The position numbers were made by a program, and so were the translations under genes. From assembly GCA_039621445.1 (NCBI GenBank), contig CP154954.1, positions 43,088,632 to 43,152,631 of the forward strand: 64,000 nucleotides of DNA, read 5' to 3'. Positions within the stretch are counted from its first letter, which is position 1. The number at the start of each line of letters is the position of its first letter. The notes beneath the pieces were generated by a model. That model searched no databases, was not told the origin of the DNA, and was given only the letters and a program-made list of their open reading frames with translations. This DNA is from Euglena gracilis (lineage: Eukaryota). Shown one piece after another: positions 58,530 to 64,000 of the stretch.

Positions 58530-61289
58530 TTGGGATGGACAATTGCAAAGAACAGAGTTGGAAGAGATCAAAGAACCTTATTCAGAACCAGAACCTGCAG
58601 AATATCAATTGATTTAACTTTGACGTTGGAAAAATGGAGAAAGTGGAAGATCACAAGGACAAAAGAAACAGAACAAGATGAGATGCAACTTAAAGGATCT
58701 CACCCCCCCACACCCACCATTACGCAGACAAACATGGGGCAAAAGGCAAATGGACAAAAAAAACAAAGAGATCAAGAAACCCCCAGGCTGATTCCTAATC
58801 TTGCCTTCGACACGGAAGAAGACAGAAACTTTCAAAGAACAGAGTTGGAAGAGATCAAAAGAACACAATATCAATATTCAGAACCTGTAGAACCTGCAGA
58901 ATATCAAATTCAAGAAATTATTTCAACTTTGACATTGGAAGTCAATGCAGAATGTGGAGAACGAAGTGGAATTATCAAGTCGACAACCTGGACAAAGTGC
59001 AGAACAAGAAGCGCCAGCTGGAGAACTTGGAGATGCGGTTTCAACGTGGCGAACCGTGGCCATCACTTCCTCCCCACCACATCTCAGCAGAAAAAATTTT
59101 TCAGCAGCAGACAACCACACAGTGATGGCCATGGACCCTGGCAAACAGTGGGCAAAAAGCCCAGGCGACAACGAAAGACATTGGGTACCCAGGGTCAAGA
59201 CCCATCACATTTCAAATTGGGGCATGGCAAGAAGCCAGCAGAACTTACAGCCCCAGGGCAAATGTCCACAACCTATCAAGATGGAAACAGGGACAAGGGG
59301 GCCAACCAAACATTGGGAAGCCAGCAAATGGTACCGACCAGCTTTTTCAAATTCAGCCCACAACCCCATTCCAGGGGGGAAGGGGGTAGGGCTCCCCCAG
59401 ATTTCAATTGGGCTTTGCAAGATGGCCATAACTTACAGCCCCGGCCATGGAGGCCAGAACAAAGGGGGCTTGGGCCAAGATGGCCAATACAAGGGCTATG
59501 GCAGCCATACAAGGGGTGGACCTCCAGAGGCCCCCCAGAAGCTAAAGGGCAGCCCCCCAGGGGCTTTGTATTTAACAAATGCCCAGCCCCAGGAGGAACA
59601 GGGGGAAGGGGAAGGACCCCCACAAGTATTTATTCATCAACCTTCAAATCTCCCAGTGAAATCAAGAAGGGGGGGACCCACAGAGGCCCCCCTATGGTAT
59701 GGCTACCAACACCATCATCATCAAGGAGGCCTGATAGGCAAAACAGGGGCATTAAGCCCTATGGTATGCATTCCAACAACAAGATGCTCCAGAGAGAGAG
59801 TGAGAAGAGAGGAGAGTGCATGCACACCCCCCCAAGAACATTTGCTTTTTCCAAGGGCTCAAGCCCTAGGGGCTATAGGGGCTGTGAAATGTCCAACACC
59901 CCCCACCCAACCCCTAAACAATCATCTGATTCAGGAAATAAATTCCATGGAGGAAAAATGGGGAGATACCCCCCTGTACCAGAGACTTCAGAAAAGTCTA
60001 AAATGGTGGTCAAAAAATGCCCCCCCAGCAACATGTCAATTAATCAAAAATGGAATTCAACCCCCCTGGGTAAATCCCCCAAAATTGTCCACACACCCAA
60101 AACCCAGGGCCAATCTGGACCTGAACCAGGCAGAAAAAATTCTGCTGGATTACGAAAAAACTGGGTCAATAAAACGAGTTTGGGATTCAGAATCCCAACA
60201 TTTAATCCCATGGTTTCTAATTTCGAAACCAGAGGAGGGAACAACAAAATGGAGAATGATCAGCGACTGCAGAGAAATAAATCAGCAGTTTCAAGTAAAA
60301 CCTTTCAGGCTGGATCATATCCAGCACATTTTCCCAGTTTTGGAAAAAGGCCACTGGGCAGCAAAAATAGACCTGAAGGATGCCTATTTCCATATTCCAT
60401 TAAGTCCAGGCCTAAGGCCATTTTTAAGACATCAGGTAGGGGGGCAGACCTGGGAATTTCAAACAGGCTGCTTTGGGCTAAATGTAATGCCCCAAATTTT
60501 CATGTCAGTAATGAAGACATTCGAAAAACTGTGGAGAAAAAGGGGCATCCAGGTCTTTATTTACCTGGACGACATTTTACTGGTGGCCCCCACCCAAAAC
60601 ATTTTGCAAAATCACCTGAACAGAGTTGTCAAAGATTTGCTGGATTCTGGGTTCAAAATCAATGTGAAAAAGTCTACCCTGCAGCCCACCCAAGTGGTAA
60701 CCCACCTGGGGTTTCAACTGAACTTCCAGGAAGGAAAGTTACAAGTGCCCCCCCACAAAGTCAAAACTATAAAAAAGGAGCTGGGAAAAATCGTGAAAAA
60801 AGATTACATGTCAAAAAGGCAGTTGGCTGCCATTTTGGGTCAAATAAGATGCAATCTAATGGCCCTGCCCTTTTTAAGGGCTTTTACAGACACCCTGGCA
60901 AATTTTTTGGTGGCAAAGTCCACAGCCCCCTGGGACTCAAAACACCCCATTTCCCAAGAAATCAAGGCCCAATTAAGGGAAATAAAAACTCTATTGGACA
61001 CCTGGGGGGGCAGACCCTTCACCCAAAATGCAACCAGAGAGTTGCACTCAGACAGCAGCACCCATGCCTGGGGGGGGCTGGACATCCACACAGGAGAAAT
61101 TGTGCAGGAATTTTGGAGAAAAGACTCCATTTTACACATCAATGTAAAGGAACTCAGTGCAGCTATAAACACTGTGAAAAGTTTGAGCAAACCTGGAGAA
61201 ACAGTTTCTTTGTCTGTGGACAACCAGGTAATCTACTATTACCTAACAAAAGGTGGGGGCAGAAAAGACCCCTTCAACAAAATGCATAG
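58530..61289 (+). CDS. Long open frame overlapping pol; may include gag-like ORF1
   Basis: 919 codons open in the same frame as the YR ORF, separated from it by one TAG (61287-61289); no recognisable domain. Confidence 0.4.
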   Translation: MGWTIAKNRVGRDQRTLFRTRTCRISIDLTLTLEKWRKWKITRTKETEQDEMQLKGSHPPTPTITQTNMGQKANGQKKQRDQETPRLIPNLAFDTEEDRNFQRTELEEIKRTQYQYSEPVEPAEYQIQEIISTLTLEVNAECGERSGIIKSTTWTKCRTRSASWRTWRCGFNVANRGHHFLPTTSQQKKFFSSRQPHSDGHGPWQTVGKKPRRQRKTLGTQGQDPSHFKLGHGKKPAELTAPGQMSTTYQDGNRDKGANQTLGSQQMVPTSFFKFSPQPHSRGEGGRAPPDFNWALQDGHNLQPRPWRPEQRGLGPRWPIQGLWQPYKGWTSRGPPEAKGQPPRGFVFNKCPAPGGTGGRGRTPTSIYSSTFKSPSEIKKGGTHRGPPMVWLPTPSSSRRPDRQNRGIKPYGMHSNNKMLQRESEKRGECMHTPPRTFAFSKGSSPRGYRGCEMSNTPHPTPKQSSDSGNKFHGGKMGRYPPVPETSEKSKMVVKKCPPSNMSINQKWNSTPLGKSPKIVHTPKTQGQSGPEPGRKNSAGLRKNWVNKTSLGFRIPTFNPMVSNFETRGGNNKMENDQRLQRNKSAVSSKTFQAGSYPAHFPSFGKRPLGSKNRPEGCLFPYSIKSRPKAIFKTSGRGADLGISNRLLWAKCNAPNFHVSNEDIRKTVEKKGHPGLYLPGRHFTGGPHPKHFAKSPEQSCQRFAGFWVQNQCEKVYPAAHPSGNPPGVSTELPGRKVTSAPPQSQNYKKGAGKNREKRLHVKKAVGCHFGSNKMQSNGPALFKGFYRHPGKFFGGKVHSPLGLKTPHFPRNQGPIKGNKNSIGHLGGQTLHPKCNQRVALRQQHPCLGGAGHPHRRNCAGILEKRLHFTHQCKGTQCSYKHCEKFEQTWRNSFFVCGQPGNLLLPNKRWGQKRPLQQNA

Positions 61290-61902
61290 ACCATTTTTCA
61301 AATGGTGCATGGAGCACCAAGTAAACCTCCAAGTCAACTGGGTGCCTTCAAAGGAATGCCTAGCAGACCCCATAAGCAGATGGGAAATGGACAGGGGGGA
61401 TTATTCTTTAGACCCCCAACTTTTTCAATGGTTGAGACAGCAATTCCAAAATTTCATAAATCTGGAAACAGATTTATTTGCCTCCCCAGGCAACAAAAAA
61501 CTGCCCAATTTTGTGGCCAGGTGGCCCCATTGGGAGGCCACAGCAGTAAATGCACTACAATGTCCACTGGACAACATGGGGGATCTTTATGCAAACCCCC
61601 CCTGGTCAATAATCCAAAACTTTCTGCCCAGGTTGAAAATGTTTCCCCAGACCAAAGTTTTGATGGTCACCCCCTACTGGGATTCAGCAACATGGTGGCC
61701 CCAATTAATAAAAATGAAAGTGCCAGGGACCCCCTGCCTGAAAATCACCCCCTACAGGGGTATGTTCACCAATTGCAGGGGGGAACAAATGCCACCCCCC
61801 AGGTGGCCCCTACTTTGCATGATTTGCTCAGGCAAATTTTGGAGGGGAAACAAATTCAGGTTAAAACCATTGAAGATTTCCTGGGGAGAAACCCCAGTTT
61901 AA
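58945..61902 (+). CDS. DIRS pol: reverse transcriptase, RNase H, adenine methyltransferase-like domain
   Basis: RT motifs WFLISK, WRMISDCREIN, KIDLKDAYFHIP, FGLNVMPQIF, YLDDILL; RNase H HSDSSTHAWGG, HINVKELSA, VDNQ, LADPISR; methyltransferase-like DLFASPGN and YANPPW. True start codon uncertain. Confidence 0.93.
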   Translation: MQNVENEVELSSRQPGQSAEQEAPAGELGDAVSTWRTVAITSSPPHLSRKNFSAADNHTVMAMDPGKQWAKSPGDNERHWVPRVKTHHISNWGMARSQQNLQPQGKCPQPIKMETGTRGPTKHWEASKWYRPAFSNSAHNPIPGGKGVGLPQISIGLCKMAITYSPGHGGQNKGGLGQDGQYKGYGSHTRGGPPEAPQKLKGSPPGALYLTNAQPQEEQGEGEGPPQVFIHQPSNLPVKSRRGGPTEAPLWYGYQHHHHQGGLIGKTGALSPMVCIPTTRCSRERVRREESACTPPQEHLLFPRAQALGAIGAVKCPTPPTQPLNNHLIQEINSMEEKWGDTPLYQRLQKSLKWWSKNAPPATCQLIKNGIQPPWVNPPKLSTHPKPRANLDLNQAEKILLDYEKTGSIKRVWDSESQHLIPWFLISKPEEGTTKWRMISDCREINQQFQVKPFRLDHIQHIFPVLEKGHWAAKIDLKDAYFHIPLSPGLRPFLRHQVGGQTWEFQTGCFGLNVMPQIFMSVMKTFEKLWRKRGIQVFIYLDDILLVAPTQNILQNHLNRVVKDLLDSGFKINVKKSTLQPTQVVTHLGFQLNFQEGKLQVPPHKVKTIKKELGKIVKKDYMSKRQLAAILGQIRCNLMALPFLRAFTDTLANFLVAKSTAPWDSKHPISQEIKAQLREIKTLLDTWGGRPFTQNATRELHSDSSTHAWGGLDIHTGEIVQEFWRKDSILHINVKELSAAINTVKSLSKPGETVSLSVDNQVIYYYLTKGGGRKDPFNKMHRPFFKWCMEHQVNLQVNWVPSKECLADPISRWEMDRGDYSLDPQLFQWLRQQFQNFINLETDLFASPGNKKLPNFVARWPHWEATAVNALQCPLDNMGDLYANPPWSIIQNFLPRLKMFPQTKVLMVTPYWDSATWWPQLIKMKVPGTPCLKITPYRGMFTNCRGEQMPPPRWPLLCMICSGKFWRGNKFRLKPLKISWGETPV

Positions 61903-63026
61903 AACGTTATCAGAGTGCTTTTGCACTTCTGTGGGTAATTTTGGAACACATGGGGGTGCCCCCCCCTGAAGCCACCACTGACCAAGTGGCTGACGCTTTA
62001 ATACAATTATTCCAATTTTCAAAGGCCCAAGCCCGTAATGCATACAGTGCAATGCTTTTGATTCCTGGGTTTGGTGGACTGAGATTCCACACCCTATTAA
62101 CCCCCTACAAGAGGCTTTGGAACCAAAATCTGGAGAAGTATGGGGCATTTTGGGATCCCCTCCCAATCCTCCTGGGGCTGGCCAAGGCCCCTATGCCCAC
62201 TGATATTTGTACATTGCGTACCCAACTGATTTTTTGCTCACGAGTTCTCTGTTTATATCGATCCTCTGACTTGGCACAAGTCAAACGAACCACCAGTGTG
62301 TTGGGTAGGGCACCCTACATCAAAATTAAGCGTAAAGGGCAAAAATTTCACAAGTGGGAGAGGGTTGTGTCCATACCCCAGTGTCCCCAAATAAGCCCAT
62401 TTCATTTAATGATGTGTTATGTGGCTGCCACACGTTTATTCGTCAAACCTGGGGGCCCCCTCCTAATTTCATTAAAACCCCCCTTCAGAGCCATAAGTGC
62501 AGACACTGTTGCTTCTATCACAAAAGATTTTTTGGCCAAACATGGGGTGACTCCCCAGGTGTGGGGGGCCCACTCCACCAGAGGGGCAGGAGTTGGTTTA
62601 CTGAAAAAATTGGGCCTTTCTGCCCAAGAAGTTTGTGAAATTGGCCAGTGGAGGGGGGTGGAGGCTTTCACAGCCCACTATCAACGACTGGGTGCCCAAG
62701 GTGCCCTGGAAAATGCCCTGGCCCCCCTAATTTCAGTGCACAATCTGGCCTCACAAGGGCAAAGTGCGGAGCCCGAGGTGTCTCGTACTCCCTCGAGGAA
62801 AACCGACAAGGGAGGAAGGGACACCGAGGGCGAAGCACAAAGACCTTGTGAGCCCGACCCCCCCACCCGTAAAAGAAAATTTGTCTTCAAAAGCCCTCGG
62901 CCAGAGAGTGGGGGCCAGGGGGGGGAGAGGGGGGGGACCCCCCCCAAGGGCAAGAAGTCACGTCGCCAAGTCGGAGCAGCATCGTCAGCCAACTCCGGCG
63001 AGGCGGCACTAAGCAGGGACTCCTAA
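61302..63026 (+). CDS. DIRS tyrosine recombinase
   Basis: Catalytic residues in order: LYRSSDL (R), KRKG (K), HSTRG (HxxR), GQW, AHY (Y). N-terminal third overlaps pol in another frame. Confidence 0.9.
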   Translation: MVHGAPSKPPSQLGAFKGMPSRPHKQMGNGQGGLFFRPPTFSMVETAIPKFHKSGNRFICLPRQQKTAQFCGQVAPLGGHSSKCTTMSTGQHGGSLCKPPLVNNPKLSAQVENVSPDQSFDGHPLLGFSNMVAPINKNESARDPLPENHPLQGYVHQLQGGTNATPQVAPTLHDLLRQILEGKQIQVKTIEDFLGRNPSLKRYQSAFALLWVILEHMGVPPPEATTDQVADALIQLFQFSKAQARNAYSAMLLIPGFGGLRFHTLLTPYKRLWNQNLEKYGAFWDPLPILLGLAKAPMPTDICTLRTQLIFCSRVLCLYRSSDLAQVKRTTSVLGRAPYIKIKRKGQKFHKWERVVSIPQCPQISPFHLMMCYVAATRLFVKPGGPLLISLKPPFRAISADTVASITKDFLAKHGVTPQVWGAHSTRGAGVGLLKKLGLSAQEVCEIGQWRGVEAFTAHYQRLGAQGALENALAPLISVHNLASQGQSAEPEVSRTPSRKTDKGGRDTEGEAQRPCEPDPPTRKRKFVFKSPRPESGGQGGERGGTPPKGKKSRRQVGAASSANSGEAALSRDS

Positions 63027-63147
63027 CCCAACGCAGCAAACAATCCAAACAACACCGCCGGCGAGCAAGGCATGGCCTCACAAGGTCTTTGTGCTTCGCC
63101 CTCGGTGTCCCTTCCTCCCTTGTCGGTTTTCCTCGAGGGAGTACGAG

Positions 63148-64000
63148 TCCGAGGCGAGTCGTGGAAGTCCGAGACCATTCGGGCTCTGCACTGCGAGATG
63201 GTGAGGTACTGCGCACCCCTCCTCTCTGGGACATAATCATTTTTACTTTTTAACACGACCTCCAGCCTCAAATAATGAGCTTGGAAGGCCCAAAAAAAAT
63301 ACACTGACTTCTCCACCTGCAAACCAGCATATTTCCACCATGAACGCGATCTCCTCTGGTGTCCCCCCCCCCTGTCAAACTTATTTGGCCAGAGAATTCA
63401 CTCTGCCTGACATTCATTCCCAAAGTTCTTTTCACATCCAAAGAACATTAATTATTTTTGTGTCCAACCATGTGGGCTTTCCTCCCCACACATTCTTGCA
63501 ACAAATGCCAGGTGCTTATGAGTGGGTTCTGTGGGAGATTCACAACCTCCTCCCACCGGTGGTACTGCCATCCTTTTCTTTGAAGCAAAATGAAATTTTT
63601 GTCACCCAGAGAACTGATTTTTTGCTTGGTTCTGGCTAGATCAACCCTGCTGTGAAGGGCTAACAACCTCCTACAAATAACCAATCTCTTTCTGAGGCCT
63701 TTCCAAGACCATTTTAGAGAGGGGCTCAGAATGTTGGTTCAATTGCATCCGAAACATTGATGGATCCCATTCACACATTGCAGGCTATCTGAAGAACATT
63801 TAATAGCACCAACATGATCTAGAAGCTCAGTGGATCACTATTAATAGGCATGTTATTTCTGGATCTAGCATTAATCTCTGGAACTACTCCGTAATCATCC
63901 TCCAGGGAGGGTTTGCATAAACTGGTTGGAGACCCCTTAAATCTGCCCTCAGTGGATCACTATTAATAGGCATGTTATTTCTGGATCTAGCATTAATCTC
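63148..64000 (-). pseudogene. Decayed older DIRS-type element (MTase and YR remnants), continuing beyond the window
   Basis: Minus-strand ICRRLLALHSRVDLARTKQKISSLGDKNFILLQRKGWQYHRWEEVVNLPQNPLISTWHLL (63448-63684) aligns with the intact YR FCSRVLCLYRSSDLAQVKRTTSVLGRAPYIKIKRKGQKFHKWERVVSIPQCPQISPFHLM. AFQAHYLRL at ~63265-63290; YANPPW at ~63902-63919. Confidence 0.85.

Larger units (their letters stand above)
58461..63147 (+). mobile_element. DIRS1-type tyrosine recombinase retrotransposon, ORFs intact, left end degraded
   Basis: RT-RNaseH-methyltransferase ORF overlapping a tyrosine recombinase (YR) ORF. Degenerate ITRs at ~58461-58521 and ~63027-63085. ICR at 62750-62852: its 62782-62852 part is a perfect 71-nt inverted copy of 63077-63147, and its first 12 nt are complementary to 58461-58472. 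Confidence 0.9.

Noticed and set aside
58945-63026. Bacterial retron, DGR or prophage integrase-RT system
   Set aside because: RT-RNaseH-MTase plus overlapping YR with ITR and ICR is the established DIRS1 architecture; no prokaryotic context.

Overview
Eukaryotic genomic DNA, very probably from a euglenid (Euglenozoa). This is inferred from intron structure; the species cannot be determined. Most of the window holds two tandem + strand paralogous genes. Gene A runs from before position 1 to 20560; gene B runs from at least ~31570 (probably further upstream) to 51283. Each is split into ~19-24 short GC-rich exons by nonconventional (non GT-AG) introns of the form exon|N3-CAG...CTG-N5(6)|exon, whose ends base-pair. 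Hand-spliced, both genes encode a degenerate ADP-ribosyltransferase-like domain, kinesin-light-chain-type TPR repeats and a C-terminal CaaX box; gene B also shows upstream ankyrin repeats. Introns and intergenic DNA are full of CA/TG microsatellites and MITEs. One MITE class has CAG...CTG terminal inverted repeats (TIRs) and 8-bp target site duplications (TSDs), like hAT elements. That geometry equals the nonconventional intron boundary, and at least one intron found only in gene B is such an element with a perfect TSD, i.e. an introner. The right end carries an ORF-intact DIRS1-type tyrosine-recombinase retrotransposon (~58460-63147) inserted in opposite orientation into the internal complementary region (ICR) of an older, decayed relative. 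Nearly all other ORF-track entries are spurious. Splice junctions were inferred by hand without RNA data, and those marked ~ are approximate.
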